A model generated the notes under the pieces. That model made no database searches. It saw only the letters and a list, made by a program, of their open reading frames with translations, and was not told the DNA's origin. DNA of 64,000 nucleotides from a bacterium (GTDB lineage: Bacteria; Actinomycetota; Acidimicrobiia; Spongiisociales; JAENVV01), in contig JAHEDI010000003.1 of the NCBI GenBank assembly GCA_024641305.1, forward strand, positions 48,889-112,888, given 5' to 3'. Shown here piece after piece: positions 28,682 to 39,629 of this stretch. The translations under genes and the position numbers were made by a program. The number at the start of each line of letters is the position of its first letter. Positions within the stretch are counted from its first letter, which is position 1.

Positions 28682-30997
28682 TTACGTTTTGGCCGCCGCG
28701 ATCGTTCGAATCCGGTTGAGTAAATCGTCGATCTCTTCGATAAAGGCTGCACGGCGTTGCTCAAGGATGGACTCGCTTAGGCTTTCGGCGCGTTCTCCTG
28801 CCAATCCACGGTTCTTGGCAAGGTCCAGCGCCGTCTTGAAGAAGACCTGAGACACGGATTCGGCGGCGGTGATCTTGCCCTGGGATTGGTAGCTCTGACC
28901 CAGTCCGATCGCCTGGGACATAAAGCTCTTCTCATCGAAGGTGGCGGGAAGTGTGGTCAGTACATCGGCGACCACCGCATAGGACTCGAGAAACGGTGCG
29001 AGTGCCCATGTGCTCATCGCCGGCCGGATTGCGTCGAGGACCTCCCGGGCATCTCCGCCAAGGACCCGGGCGGGCCAGTCCGGATTGACCGCCTCGAGTT
29101 CGCTGGTGATCTCAGCTCGATATTCCTCTTTCGGAGTGAAGAAGAACTCGAACTTGAACAAATCACGAACACTCATCACCTCTTCCCAAAACAGATCAAG
29201 AGGGTCGGTCGGTCGCTCGGTAACGATTCGTTGGAGAGCCACCTCGGCGATCGCAATATTGACGAAGAAATGAATCACGACATTGCGGTAGTAGGCGGCC
29301 GACAGGTGTTGATCAGCTCCGATCTGATAAACCGGATGAGGGCCTCCATCAACCCTCGTCACAATGTCGTGTTCAACCAGACGGCCAAGGACTTCAACGA
29401 CCTGGTCGGTTCCATCCAACTGGACCCGTTCGGTCAATGGAAGACGTCTGCGAAGCACAAACTCGGCGAGTTCTCGGAGGGAGTCGGTGATCTCTTCGGC
29501 AGTGCGGGCGGTGTTGGGTCGACTCAGCAGTGCTACGCAGACACCGGCGGTTGGTGAGATCGGAGTAACCCGGCCGATCCGGACCATGACCTCGAAGGCG
29601 ACCTTCTGGATGGCGATCGATTTCTCGTCAGCATCGATGGTGCCGGCGGGTAGCGTTTTAGCCAACGAGACGGGCTCCCCGAACCTCACATACACGTTGC
29701 CGTGGCGACGTCGCAGCTGGGAGAGCGCATGTACGACCCAGGAGATGCTTTCGCCCTGTTTGGCTTCGCCTCGTTGCTCTTTGGCGTAATCGGCGACGTC
29801 CTGGATCTGGTCGTAGGCGATTGAGACCGGCAACAAGATGATGTCCTCAGCCTTTTGTCGAAGGTACGACTCGGTCACGTAGCTGAGCATCCCGAACTTG
29901 GGGGGGAGGAGCTTGCCGGATCGGCTACGGCCGCCTTCGAGATACCACTCGATCGGAAACCGCTTCTCGATCAGGAAATCGATGTACGAGCGGAGCGCGA
30001 ACTTATAGATCGGCTTGTCTTTGAACGTGCGCCTGATGAAGAAGACGCCGGATCGGCGAATGATCGGGCCGACCGGAAAGAAGTTCATGTTTATACCACC
30101 GGCCGTGTGGTTGGGAGGCCGGTTGTTCTCCCACAAGATGTACTGCAGCATCAAGCGATCCAACTGGCTCTTGTGCGAGGGGAGGAAGATCAGCGGATGT
30201 TGCTCGCCCATTTCATACAGTCGGTTTAAGTGGTCTGCGTCATAATTGATCGATCCGTATCCCTGCCGGTATATCCAGCTGATCAGATTGGCGGCCAGGT
30301 CGATCACGAGCGGTGAGTGGGTGGCAGCGATCTCTTTGAGGTTACCGATGGCTTCCTTGTGAATCGTTGCGTATGTCTTTCCGGTTTCTTTGGTCAGCAT
30401 TGAAATCCCGTCCCGGAAGGAACCGGTCCTCACGATTTCTTCGGTCAGGAACTTAGGAACCTTGTACCGATTGCCTCGCACGTGACGTTCGGCTCGTTCG
30501 AGGGTTAGCCAGGCTCTCCGCGAGACGAACTCGCGTAGGGCGACCACGTCGTCGGAGGCTTTCCACGCCTCCCGCAGGTCGGCGGCGCCAGCTGATTGGC
30601 CGAGCACGATCTGGCAGCGATCAGGAAACCTGCGAAGAAAGAGGTGCTGGCGAAGCAGGTTCGGATCCCGGGGATCTCCGAACTTAAGAAGATCCGATAG
30701 TCGGACAGATCGGGTTCCGTCCCGATCGGGTGCTTGCCACACGACCCGAACTGGCACGATGAGAGGGTCGTCGCCGCGGCCCAATCTGGCTTCAAGGCGT
30801 GGATCGGGCCGCACCCCAGGACGACGGCGGCGCGAGGGAGGGATCCGGATCGTCTCGTAGTCATGACCAAGCCGGCTCGCCCAGTTCGAAATCAGCTGTT
30901 CTTCGAGTTGGCTGGAAGCATCAACGAGCAGGACGGTCGGTCGGCCGACGGACCCTGGCCAGTCGGGCTCGATTGCAAGGGGTCGATCGTATGCCAT
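28682..30997 (-). CDS. plsB: Glycerol-3-phosphate O-acyltransferase (PlsB-like)
   Basis: ~770 aa with the HxxxxD acyltransferase motif (PSHKSQLD) and FFIRR / EGGRSRSGK blocks typical of PlsB. Confidence 0.8.
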   Translation of the reverse strand: MAYDRPLAIEPDWPGSVGRPTVLLVDASSQLEEQLISNWASRLGHDYETIRIPPSRRRRPGVRPDPRLEARLGRGDDPLIVPVRVVWQAPDRDGTRSVRLSDLLKFGDPRDPNLLRQHLFLRRFPDRCQIVLGQSAGAADLREAWKASDDVVALREFVSRRAWLTLERAERHVRGNRYKVPKFLTEEIVRTGSFRDGISMLTKETGKTYATIHKEAIGNLKEIAATHSPLVIDLAANLISWIYRQGYGSINYDADHLNRLYEMGEQHPLIFLPSHKSQLDRLMLQYILWENNRPPNHTAGGINMNFFPVGPIIRRSGVFFIRRTFKDKPIYKFALRSYIDFLIEKRFPIEWYLEGGRSRSGKLLPPKFGMLSYVTESYLRQKAEDIILLPVSIAYDQIQDVADYAKEQRGEAKQGESISWVVHALSQLRRRHGNVYVRFGEPVSLAKTLPAGTIDADEKSIAIQKVAFEVMVRIGRVTPISPTAGVCVALLSRPNTARTAEEITDSLRELAEFVLRRRLPLTERVQLDGTDQVVEVLGRLVEHDIVTRVDGGPHPVYQIGADQHLSAAYYRNVVIHFFVNIAIAEVALQRIVTERPTDPLDLFWEEVMSVRDLFKFEFFFTPKEEYRAEITSELEAVNPDWPARVLGGDAREVLDAIRPAMSTWALAPFLESYAVVADVLTTLPATFDEKSFMSQAIGLGQSYQSQGKITAAESVSQVFFKTALDLAKNRGLAGERAESLSESILEQRRAAFIEEIDDLLNRIRTIAAAKT

Positions 30998-31007
30998 GAT
31001 TGCGATC

Positions 31008-31562
31008 CTACGCACGAAAGCAGCTCGACGTATGGTCGTCAACGACCCCGACCGCCTGGAGATAGGCGTACATGATTGTGGGGCCGACAAACGTGAATCC
31101 CCGATCCTTGAGATCCTTTGACAACCTCAGTGATAGATCGGTTTGGGCTGGGATATCTCCCAGTGCTCGTGGACGGTTTACGATCACCGCTCCGTCCGTC
31201 CAGTTCCACAGGTAGTTGGCGAACGATCCGGCATCGGCTTGGACCGCGAGGAATTTCTGCGCGTTCTTGATGGCGCCGACGATTTTGAGCCGGTTCCGAA
31301 TGATGCCCGCATCTTTGAGAAGGCGGGCTTCGTCTGTGGCCGAAAAGCCCGCCACGGCATTCGGGTCGAAGTTGGCAAAGGCTTGTCGGTAGGCCGTGCG
31401 GCGCCCCAGGATGGTACGCCAACTGAGCCCGGCTTGCGCTCCCTCAAGAATGAGAAACTCGAACAGTTTTTGGTCGTCCATGACAGGCACACCCCACTCG
31501 GTGTCGTGGTAGTCGGCGTACAAATCGTCGCCGTCAGGGACCCAGGCGCAACGGATTGGCAT
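31008..31562 (-). CDS. tag: DNA-3-methyladenine glycosylase I
   Basis: Tag family: YHDTEWGVPV, LEGAQAGLSW, and a zinc site with C-terminal ...DHTSSCF. Confidence 0.85.
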   Translation of the reverse strand: MPIRCAWVPDGDDLYADYHDTEWGVPVMDDQKLFEFLILEGAQAGLSWRTILGRRTAYRQAFANFDPNAVAGFSATDEARLLKDAGIIRNRLKIVGAIKNAQKFLAVQADAGSFANYLWNWTDGAVIVNRPRALGDIPAQTDLSLRLSKDLKDRGFTFVGPTIMYAYLQAVGVVDDHTSSCFRA

Positions 31563-31593
31563 CGTGGCATCCTAGGGGCGGTAGGGTGCCGAC

Positions 31594-32049
31594 ATGCGTT
31601 TGGTTGTTCAGCGGGTTCGTCATGCGTCGGTGGTGGTCGGCGGTCGTGAGGTCGGATCGATTGGCACCGGTTTACTGGTTCTGGCCGGTACCACGCACGG
31701 CGATTCGGAAACAGACGTGCGGGTTCTGGCGGAAAAGTTGGTCAACCTCCGGGTGTTTCCCGACGCGGACGGAAAGATGAACCGATCACTGCTTGATATC
31801 GGGGGACAGCTCCTACTGGTAAGCCAGTTCACCTTGTACGGTTCGGTCATGCGCGGTAATCGGCCGTCCTTCACCGGAGCCGGAGACCCCGTCGAGGCGG
31901 CTCGCCTTCTCGACCGGCTCGAGACTGAGATACAAGATCGTGGGGTTCACGTGGCCGGTGGAGAATTTGGCGCTTCGATGGAGGTTTCTTTGCTCAACGA
32001 TGGGCCGGTGACGTTGATTCTGGAATCCGTGTCGGGCAAACTCCGCTAG
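31594..32049 (+). CDS. dtd: D-aminoacyl-tRNA deacylase
   Basis: MRLVVQRV...SQFTLY...NGPVT(L)ILE hallmarks of Dtd. 151 aa. Confidence 0.85.
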   Translation: MRLVVQRVRHASVVVGGREVGSIGTGLLVLAGTTHGDSETDVRVLAEKLVNLRVFPDADGKMNRSLLDIGGQLLLVSQFTLYGSVMRGNRPSFTGAGDPVEAARLLDRLETEIQDRGVHVAGGEFGASMEVSLLNDGPVTLILESVSGKLR

Positions 32050-35000
32050 GACTCCAACCAGGCTTTCCCTTCCGGGCAGAAGCGGAGGAAATCGCAATTG
32101 GAACAGGCACTGGACGGGATCGGGTCGAATACCTGAGCGCCGATACCTTCGGCGATGCCCGACAACCGGCTTCTGGCGGCCTCCATCCAGGCGTCATCGA
32201 TGTGTTCGGTTCGCTCGGTGAGGCTCCCGCCCCCCAGGTAGGCAAACGTGGCGATCATCTGGTCCGGTCGGGTGGGTCCGAGGGACCCCCTGTCGACGGC
32301 CACTGCATAGGCCTGGAGCTGCACGTCCATCGCCGGGTTCTCAGAGGGTCTACCCGACTTGAAGTCGACGATTTCCCATGTCCCCGGTTGTTCCTCATAT
32401 ACGGCATCGATCCGGCCACGGATTCGCATACCGTCATGGACAAACTCGAACGGCGCTTCGATAAGGCGGGCGGCCAGGGTCGAAAATCGTGACTGTTCGA
32501 ACACGGTGAACGCGCTTGCAACATCCGACGGACCTGCGTCGGGAGCGTCATAGAAGTCGTCGGTGACCTCCTCGAACGGCACCGCGCCTCGTTGGAACAG
32601 TTCGATCTTGCGATGAACGTCAACTCCGCGCCGAGCTGCGGCTGATGGGCGACGGGGAAGGCGATCGACCTCGGACCAGTAGTACCGTTTTGGGCAGCTG
32701 GCGTAGGTAACCAGAGACGTGACGGATGTGGCGAGCGGGGCGGGAATTGGTGGACCGACCGGGTCGTCTGGCAAGTCGAAGAGTATCTGCTGAAAGTCGG
32801 TCACGGCCTGATCGTAGGTCGATCGCACGCCGAGTTGATCAGCCTGATGGCTGGCCCAACCAGGGTCAGAAAGGGTGGCACGCAATGCGCCATCCCACCC
32901 ATCGGCGAATGTCGGATCGGGCGATCCTGCTAGCGGTGACCGGCGGAGCGATTCCGGTCGAACCGGGTCCTCAACCGTCCCGAGATCGACGACATCGGGC
33001 TGTTCGGCGGCGATTTCAAAGAGCCGGCTTGGCTTTCCTGGTGTCTTGCGCACTTCGGTAGTCCCGTGCCAGGTTGCCCCGGTCAGCGTCAGCCATCGGC
33101 GTGCCCTGGTTACTGCTACGTAGGCGATACGCCACTCTTGGTCCAGGTCGCGCTGGCGCAACAGGTCGCGTCGTTCTGCCTCAGTCATGTCCGCGCTAAT
33201 TGGGGGCAGCGTATGTCGGTCAAGTCGCAGTTCGTACGGGAGCATGTATGGGTGACGAAATGGATCGTCCGAGACCCCTGAGGAACTTGGGAAGTTCTTG
33301 TCGTATAAGGCGGGTATGAACACCGCGTCCCATTCGAGGCCTTTGGAGCGATGAACTGTCAGCAGAGCGACAGCATCTTCTCCTGATAGCCGGGCCGTAT
33401 CGAGTTCTTCGGTCTGCTCTTCAACCATCACGGTGAGGTAGTCGACGAACGCCCGCAACGAGGGGCGTCCTTCAAGCGGGCTCCATTCTTCGGCCAGATC
33501 GAGGAAGCGGTAGAGATTCAGTCGCGCCGACTGGCGGGCGGCGGCCGGCATAGCGGCCACCTCCGGCCAGGCTCCGGTCCTTGACAGGATCTGGCGCACC
33601 AGCTCAATCAGGTTGACGCCCTGGGCGGCCTCGAGCAGGCTCCGGTAGGTGATGTGCAGGTGTACCAGGGCGTCAATCGTGCGGTCGTCGAGTTGATCGA
33701 CCTGGAGGTGATCGTCCTGACCCAGGGTTCCGGCATCGTCGCCCTGCGTCGACGTAAGCTGGTCGAGGGCCTCGACCATCGAGCGGCCGAACTCAGGTTG
33801 GTTCTTGACCCATCGCGACAATGGTTTGACGTCGTGCATACCGAGTCGATAGCGGCTGCCCATCGCAATACGGATGAAGGCCGGCTCGTCCGACGGGTTG
33901 TCGAGCAGACGCAACCAGGCGAAAACATCGGCTACCTCAGGTATGCCAAGAAGTCCGCCCAGGTTGGCCACCTCCACGGGGATCCCGAACTCCTCGAGAG
34001 CGCCTCGGACGGCCTCAATGTCCTTGTTCTTTCTGAAGAGAACAGCGATTTCCTTCCAGGCGATGCCCTGTTCCTCGTGCAGAGCGAGCACCTGTTCGGC
34101 GATGAAGTCCGCTTCATCGACGGCGTTGCCCTCCCAACGCACGCTGACCGCTGCCGGGCTCGTCTCGTCAAGCGCCCGTAGTGGGTCGGTGACTTCTCCG
34201 AGTTCCTCGCGTATTCGATTGGCCAGGTTCAAAATGGTTTGGCCGGATCGGCGATTGAGTGTCAATGGGTAGGTCGGGGCGGGTGACCCGTCAAGGTTGG
34301 GGAAGTGGTCGCCGAATCCCGAAAAGTTCGCCAGTGATGCGCCTCGCCACTCATAAATCGTCTGGTCGGCATCTCCAACGGCCGTGATCGGGAATCCGTC
34401 TCCGAACAGCTTACGGAGCAGTTCGCGTTGGGCGGGGTTGGTGTCCTGGTATTCGTCGAGATACACGGCGTCGTAACGACTGCGAATGCGAGCCGCCAGG
34501 TCCGGGTAGTCGCTGGTGAGTCGGTTGGCTCGAAAGATCAGGTCACCGAAATCGGCCACTCCTATGCGACGTTTTTCTTGCTCATACCGCTCGATAATGC
34601 CGAGGATCTCCAGTCGGGTCTCCCACAGCTCGTCGAGCTTGGATGGCATGAGCCCGGCCAGGTGGGAGGGTTCGGCCAGGTTGTCGGCGAGAGCGGCGGC
34701 GAGCCGGGCTGGACGGTCGAGGATCCCGCTCCACGTGATGTTCAGGTACCGGTAGGTACCGCCTTCCACGGCATCGTGGAAGAGCTGACGGGCGAACGTT
34801 GGTGTGATGAGCTGCGTGTCGCGCTCCACCCCTACGAGCGGCCCGAACTCACTGAGGATCTGATGGGCGAAACCGTGATAGGTATGGACCTCAACAGTGC
34901 GCGCCGGGTCGATACGATCGGCCAAAACGTCACGGACCCGGTCGGCGAGTTCGGCAGCGGCTTTGTTGGTAAACGTGATGCCCAGGATTCGTTCAGGATC

Positions 35001-35141
35001 TGCCCCAGAGTCGATGAGGTGAGCGATGCGATGGGCGAGCGTGGTTGTCTTGCCGGTTCCCGCCCCGGCAGCAATTCGCATGGGACCGATCGGGGCACCG
35101 ATGATCGCTGACTGCTCGTCGCTCGGTAGGAATGCGGTCAT
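32046..35141 (-). CDS. adnB: ATP-dependent helicase/nuclease subunit AdnB-like (UvrD helicase plus C-terminal RecB-type nuclease with Cys cluster)
   Basis: Walker A AGAGTGKTTTL, UvrD motifs, and a C-terminal PD-(D/E)xK region (DFKSG...QLQAY) with Cys residues (CPKRYYW...CSNCDFLRFCP). Its start overlaps the adnA stop (ATGA). Confidence 0.8.
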   Translation of the reverse strand: MTAFLPSDEQSAIIGAPIGPMRIAAGAGTGKTTTLAHRIAHLIDSGADPERILGITFTNKAAAELADRVRDVLADRIDPARTVEVHTYHGFAHQILSEFGPLVGVERDTQLITPTFARQLFHDAVEGGTYRYLNITWSGILDRPARLAAALADNLAEPSHLAGLMPSKLDELWETRLEILGIIERYEQEKRRIGVADFGDLIFRANRLTSDYPDLAARIRSRYDAVYLDEYQDTNPAQRELLRKLFGDGFPITAVGDADQTIYEWRGASLANFSGFGDHFPNLDGSPAPTYPLTLNRRSGQTILNLANRIREELGEVTDPLRALDETSPAAVSVRWEGNAVDEADFIAEQVLALHEEQGIAWKEIAVLFRKNKDIEAVRGALEEFGIPVEVANLGGLLGIPEVADVFAWLRLLDNPSDEPAFIRIAMGSRYRLGMHDVKPLSRWVKNQPEFGRSMVEALDQLTSTQGDDAGTLGQDDHLQVDQLDDRTIDALVHLHITYRSLLEAAQGVNLIELVRQILSRTGAWPEVAAMPAAARQSARLNLYRFLDLAEEWSPLEGRPSLRAFVDYLTVMVEEQTEELDTARLSGEDAVALLTVHRSKGLEWDAVFIPALYDKNFPSSSGVSDDPFRHPYMLPYELRLDRHTLPPISADMTEAERRDLLRQRDLDQEWRIAYVAVTRARRWLTLTGATWHGTTEVRKTPGKPSRLFEIAAEQPDVVDLGTVEDPVRPESLRRSPLAGSPDPTFADGWDGALRATLSDPGWASHQADQLGVRSTYDQAVTDFQQILFDLPDDPVGPPIPAPLATSVTSLVTYASCPKRYYWSEVDRLPRRPSAAARRGVDVHRKIELFQRGAVPFEEVTDDFYDAPDAGPSDVASAFTVFEQSRFSTLAARLIEAPFEFVHDGMRIRGRIDAVYEEQPGTWEIVDFKSGRPSENPAMDVQLQAYAVAVDRGSLGPTRPDQMIATFAYLGGGSLTERTEHIDDAWMEAARSRLSGIAEGIGAQVFDPIPSSACSNCDFLRFCPEGKAWLES

Positions 35142-38107
35142 CGGACAAATGCCTCTCGTCCTTCGGGCCAGAGGGGGCACACCAGTTTTACGGAGCAGTT
35201 ATTGCAGTGTATGCCGATCCGCGGGGTCCAATCTTCCGCCCGGATCCCCTCGGCGATTTCGGCCATGGAACCGAGAACCTGATCGAGCCGTGACGGATCG
35301 AATGCCACCCATTTCTTCTTCCGATCGGCGGCGGGATACCAGAACTCGGCTTCGGTTGGCGTGCCGTGTTTGAGGACCTCGGGGTCTTTCTGGGCTGCCG
35401 CCAGGTAGAACGCCAGTTGAATGGATTCAGCTGCGTCGGCCTGGCTGGGGATGCTTGTTGAGGTCTTGTAATCGACAACCCGGAGTTCGCCCTCGGCTTG
35501 TCGTTCTATACGATCGGCCCGGCCATTCCAGGTGATGTCGCTGATGTCCATCGAGAGCGTGTGTTCGAGAATCACTGCCGTGGCTCCAGGACGGATCCAG
35601 TCGGCGTATAGCTCGGTCAGCAGTTTGGTGGCTTTGTTGTACCAGGCCAGTTGGCGAGCTCCGATGTCCAGGTCGTACGTGTCGAACAGTTCGTCGAGCC
35701 ATACCAGCGCATCGTCGACGGTTGAGCGGTCGGCGCCGGTTTCGACGGCGCGGCGCTCGGCCTGTTCGAGTACGTCGTGGATCAGGCTCCCGAAGGTGGC
35801 GTAGCGTCCGAATTCGCTGGCAATGCCGAGCCTCCGTTCGAAGGCGTACCGTCGCGGGCAGGCGTCATATGAGGTTGCCTGGCTCGGGGAAAACGTTGCC
35901 CGGTCGGGGATCAAGCCGTGATCGCCGCCCCGGGGGCGAACCCCGGCAAAGTCGAGTGGGTGACGAACTGAGCGGTTCGGTCTCCTGGCCAGGACTTCGG
36001 CTGCGGCCAATCGAATGCCGGCTCCTATCGTCGGGTCGGTGAGTCGTCGCCTGAGCAGCGCTTCGGCCTCGAGCGGCGTGACCGGGATCTCGTCGGTCTC
36101 GTCGACGAGGTTGAGCGGAGCGTCTTCGTCGAGGGCGGTCAGGAAACGGCTTGGTCGTTTGTCCGTTTCGTCGATACCAGCCGAGGTGGCGGTCCAGATG
36201 GCGTGGCGGGCAGCCCGGGTGGTGGCGGTGTAGGCGAGTCGCCGTTCTTCCGCCAGTCGGAATTGGAGGCTGTCGGCGATGTCGTGGTTGGGGGACAGCA
36301 GATGTGGTTGAAGGAGGGAGCGGTTCCTTCTCAGGTCGGGAAAGGTGCCTTCGGTCGCGTCGGCGATGAAGACCACATCGAACTCAAGACCTTTGGACTG
36401 GTGAAGGGTCGTGAGCGTCAACCGGTCGCCATCGGGCCGGAACGAGAGGAGCGGGTTGGCCTCGAAGTCATCCTGCTCGGTGAGCTTCCCGTATGCGTAC
36501 AGGCCTACATGAGGGTCCCGCTCAAATTGACGCTCCACCGCCTGAGCGAGCGCCGACCACGCAGCCCGATAGGGGCCTGCCGACGGAGACGCCACCAATC
36601 CTTCGAACTGGGGGAGCGTTGACCAGACGTGCCAGAATCCGTTCACGGCCGGAAGCTCAGTCGCCCAGGTGTCATCGCCGATGAGTGTTGCCAATGGCCC
36701 GAGCCACTCGGAGTCGTAGGCCTCAAGAATCGTCGCCCAGTCATTGCCGGTTGATCTGCGCAGCCGGAGCAAGTCGCGCTCGGTGGCCAGGGCCGTGCGA
36801 AACATCGGGCCGAGGAGTAGGCGGCGAATGGCCCGATCACAGTCATCGGCTGCTCCGGTCCCAACCTTGGCGTCGTGGTGATGGGCGGCGTTGGCGATAT
36901 CGAACACGGCCCTGACGCCCGGATGATCGGCCAGGCGCGTGTCCGGTGAATCGTGGGGAATGGCCCGCCGTTCAAGCGCCCGAGATAGCTCGGCGAGAAA
37001 ACGTCGTTTGGATCGAACCAGGACGGCCATCTTGTGATAGGGAACCGACTCGGTGATGTGCATCTGCTGAACCCGCTTGGCGATCCACTCGGCCTCCTGG
37101 GACTGCTGGGTGAACAGCAAACGCTCAAGCCTTCCGGCGTGAGGTGCCGGGATTACCGAGCGGATGGCTTCGGCGTGAGGGACGAGACGATTGGCCGCGT
37201 CAAGAATGACCGCCGGTACGCGAAACGACGTTGTCAGGACGTACTGTTTCACGGGTTCGTCGGGGCTGCCGAACCGGTCGCCGAATCGATCAACGTTGTC
37301 GAGTTCGGCACCCCGGAACGAATAGACGGACTGGAGCGGGTCGGCCACCACCGTCAGATTGCGGCGCCGCTTGGTAACCCCGCCGAGCAGGGCAGCCTGG
37401 GCGGCCGTGGTGTCCTGGTACTCGTCGACGAGGACATAGTGATACTGGTCGGCGAGGGCTTCCGTGATGGTGCTTCGTCCGGCTAATTCGACGGCTCGAG
37501 CTTGCAGGGTTCCGTAGTCGATTCGATCCGAGGTCGTGATCGCTTCGAGGTACTTTGCACGGAATGCGCCCAGGCCCCGCCAGTCTGCCCGGGGTGCGGC
37601 CAGTGACGACAGTGCCGCATCGTCGAGCAGGTATTCCTGGGACCGCATGATGAAGTCGGCGACCTCTTCGGCAAAACTTCGGCTATCGAGCAACGGCCGA
37701 AAGGGCAGCGGCCAATCCGCCCGGGTTTCGGTTGCGAGTAGTCCGGCGACGACGCTCACATGCTCAGGGCCGGTCAGCAGCGTCGGCATGGTGTTCCACC
37801 CGAAGGCAGCCGGAGCATGCGCCTCGAGTAGTCGATACGCAAAACTGTGAAAGGTCGAGACGCTTAGTCCGGAAATCTGCGTGGGGGCGGTCGCGGTGAT
37901 GGCGTCGCGCAGTCGAGATGCCCCGCGTCGAGAAAATGTCAGAACGAGAATCTGGGAGGGAGGCACGCCGGATTTGAGAATGGCGGCGGCCCGACGGGCC
38001 AGGAAGGTTGTTTTTCCCGTGCCTGGCCCGGCGACAATCAGTTGGGGGCCGTCCAACAAGGTAAGGGTACGGTCCCAATCGTCGGGGTCGATACGTTCGG
38101 CAGTCAC
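35138..38107 (-). CDS. adnA: ATP-dependent helicase/nuclease subunit AdnA-like
   Basis: Walker A AGPGTGKTTFL, UvrD-like motifs, and a C-terminal nuclease module with VDYKTS...QLAFY and CNNCSVKLVCP. Lies immediately upstream of adnB as in mycobacteria. Confidence 0.75.
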   Translation of the reverse strand: MTAERIDPDDWDRTLTLLDGPQLIVAGPGTGKTTFLARRAAAILKSGVPPSQILVLTFSRRGASRLRDAITATAPTQISGLSVSTFHSFAYRLLEAHAPAAFGWNTMPTLLTGPEHVSVVAGLLATETRADWPLPFRPLLDSRSFAEEVADFIMRSQEYLLDDAALSSLAAPRADWRGLGAFRAKYLEAITTSDRIDYGTLQARAVELAGRSTITEALADQYHYVLVDEYQDTTAAQAALLGGVTKRRRNLTVVADPLQSVYSFRGAELDNVDRFGDRFGSPDEPVKQYVLTTSFRVPAVILDAANRLVPHAEAIRSVIPAPHAGRLERLLFTQQSQEAEWIAKRVQQMHITESVPYHKMAVLVRSKRRFLAELSRALERRAIPHDSPDTRLADHPGVRAVFDIANAAHHHDAKVGTGAADDCDRAIRRLLLGPMFRTALATERDLLRLRRSTGNDWATILEAYDSEWLGPLATLIGDDTWATELPAVNGFWHVWSTLPQFEGLVASPSAGPYRAAWSALAQAVERQFERDPHVGLYAYGKLTEQDDFEANPLLSFRPDGDRLTLTTLHQSKGLEFDVVFIADATEGTFPDLRRNRSLLQPHLLSPNHDIADSLQFRLAEERRLAYTATTRAARHAIWTATSAGIDETDKRPSRFLTALDEDAPLNLVDETDEIPVTPLEAEALLRRRLTDPTIGAGIRLAAAEVLARRPNRSVRHPLDFAGVRPRGGDHGLIPDRATFSPSQATSYDACPRRYAFERRLGIASEFGRYATFGSLIHDVLEQAERRAVETGADRSTVDDALVWLDELFDTYDLDIGARQLAWYNKATKLLTELYADWIRPGATAVILEHTLSMDISDITWNGRADRIERQAEGELRVVDYKTSTSIPSQADAAESIQLAFYLAAAQKDPEVLKHGTPTEAEFWYPAADRKKKWVAFDPSRLDQVLGSMAEIAEGIRAEDWTPRIGIHCNNCSVKLVCPLWPEGREAFVR

Positions 38108-38284
38108 GGCCTGACAGACCCTAGACGGGCGTTATGCCGCGCTCGGCAGCGAGACCGGAGTCTCTTGAATAACCGTGAAACCGATGCCGGCTTCAGTTAG
38201 TGCTCGTTCGGCTTGGGTGAGGAGGTGTTCGGTCATGTTGTTCATACGTATACCGTACGACGAAGGTGTGACAGAATCTGCATC

Positions 38285-38764
38285 ATGATCATCCGACCCC
38301 TGATTTCGACAGACGTCGTCGAAGCAGTGGCCTTGAACAATGCCGAAGTTCCCCATGTGGGACCAACCGACCAGGAGCATCTGACCCGTTTTTTGGACTA
38401 TCCCGGAGTCGTGTGGGTTGTCGAGATGGATGACGCATTGACGGGACTGTTGGTGGCCTGTGAACCTGGCTCGACCTATGAGTCGACCAATTACCGCTGG
38501 TTCGACGAACGGTCTGACGATTTCATCTATGTGGATCGGATCGTCGTTGCTCCGTCGGCGCAGGGGTTGGGGATCGGTCGCCTTCTCTACGACCGCCTCG
38601 CAGAGGCATATGTCGGGATCGCCCGTCAGATGACCTGCGAGGTCAACCTTGATCCCCCCAACGAAGCCTCGATGGCATTTCACGAGCGGATGGGGTTCCG
38701 CCACGTCGCCACCAAGCCGGATGGCCTAAAGACAGTTGCGCTCCTTGCCCGCGAGCTGGGTTAG
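38285..38764 (+). CDS. GNAT family N-acetyltransferase
   Basis: Acetyl-CoA-binding motif VAPSAQGLGIGRLL (Q/RxxGxG/A). Start trimmed to MIIRPL. Confidence 0.65.
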   Translation: MIIRPLISTDVVEAVALNNAEVPHVGPTDQEHLTRFLDYPGVVWVVEMDDALTGLLVACEPGSTYESTNYRWFDERSDDFIYVDRIVVAPSAQGLGIGRLLYDRLAEAYVGIARQMTCEVNLDPPNEASMAFHERMGFRHVATKPDGLKTVALLARELG

Positions 38765-39453
38765 CGCCGACCCGACATGAGAAGACGCAGCACGTACCAG
38801 AACATGAGCGCCACGGAGGCGAACAAGTCGATCGCCGCCCCTACGTAGGCGTCTTCCGGATAACGGTGCAAGATATTCGATGTGTCGTACAGGATGGTCG
38901 CTCCGGCAAACACAACCATGCCGATTGAGAAGGCCGTTCCCAGCTGGAACCCGAATAGGACCGACGCAATGATGAGGCCCAGAGCCCCAAAGCCGATCCA
39001 CATGAGGGCGGTCCGCATGAAGGAGAAGTCCTTGCGGGTGACGAACACGATTCCGGTAAGGACTGCGAACCCGATGACGGTGATTGCCGCCGCCGAGGAA
39101 ATAACTCCGGGGAAGTAGGAGTCGGCGATGAAGAGGAGCGGGGCGAAGAAGACCGCTTCGAACACGATGTAGGCGCCCAGCGCAGCATATTGAGTCGGGG
39201 TCGATGAACCCGACCGGGCGAAACGTCTGCTGAGGCTGGCAAGCAGAATGAAGCCGCCCATGAATAGCAGCCAGTTTGTGTTGAACGCGAAGTCGGCCAC
39301 CCGTTGGGCAATCCCCGTGGTGAAGAGAACGTACTCGACACCGGCAAAGGCCAGAATCGACAGGAACAGCAACCGGTAGGTCTTCGCAATGAAGGCGGCG
39401 CGTCGCTGGACCGTGGTCTGGGCAACGGGAATCGGGCTGGTTTGTTCGAACAT
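38761..39453 (-). CDS. Bax-inhibitor-1 / YccA family membrane protein
   Basis: Seven hydrophobic segments, and C-terminal LDTSNILHRYPEDAYVGAAIDLFASVALMFWYVLRLL typical of the BI-1/UPF0005 family. Confidence 0.7.
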   Translation of the reverse strand: MFEQTSPIPVAQTTVQRRAAFIAKTYRLLFLSILAFAGVEYVLFTTGIAQRVADFAFNTNWLLFMGGFILLASLSRRFARSGSSTPTQYAALGAYIVFEAVFFAPLLFIADSYFPGVISSAAAITVIGFAVLTGIVFVTRKDFSFMRTALMWIGFGALGLIIASVLFGFQLGTAFSIGMVVFAGATILYDTSNILHRYPEDAYVGAAIDLFASVALMFWYVLRLLMSGRR

Positions 39454-39629
39454 GTATGACCTCCGTCTCCAAATACTAGAGCCAAACGCGCGATAGTTAC
39501 CGACGGACCTTGCCAGGGGCATAAGGCAGTTGGTCTTCAACGAGTCGGCGCGGTATTTCAGATAGAGTCCCGAACCGGATCCTGATAGACCGCATCCGGT
39601 CGGGAATTCTGCTTCAGGCGGCCGCGCAA

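Noticed and set aside
38132-38704. 190-aa minus-strand ORF antisense to the GNAT gene
   Set aside because: It fully overlaps a gene with a clear GNAT motif on the other strand and has no recognisable domain. Likely a shadow ORF.
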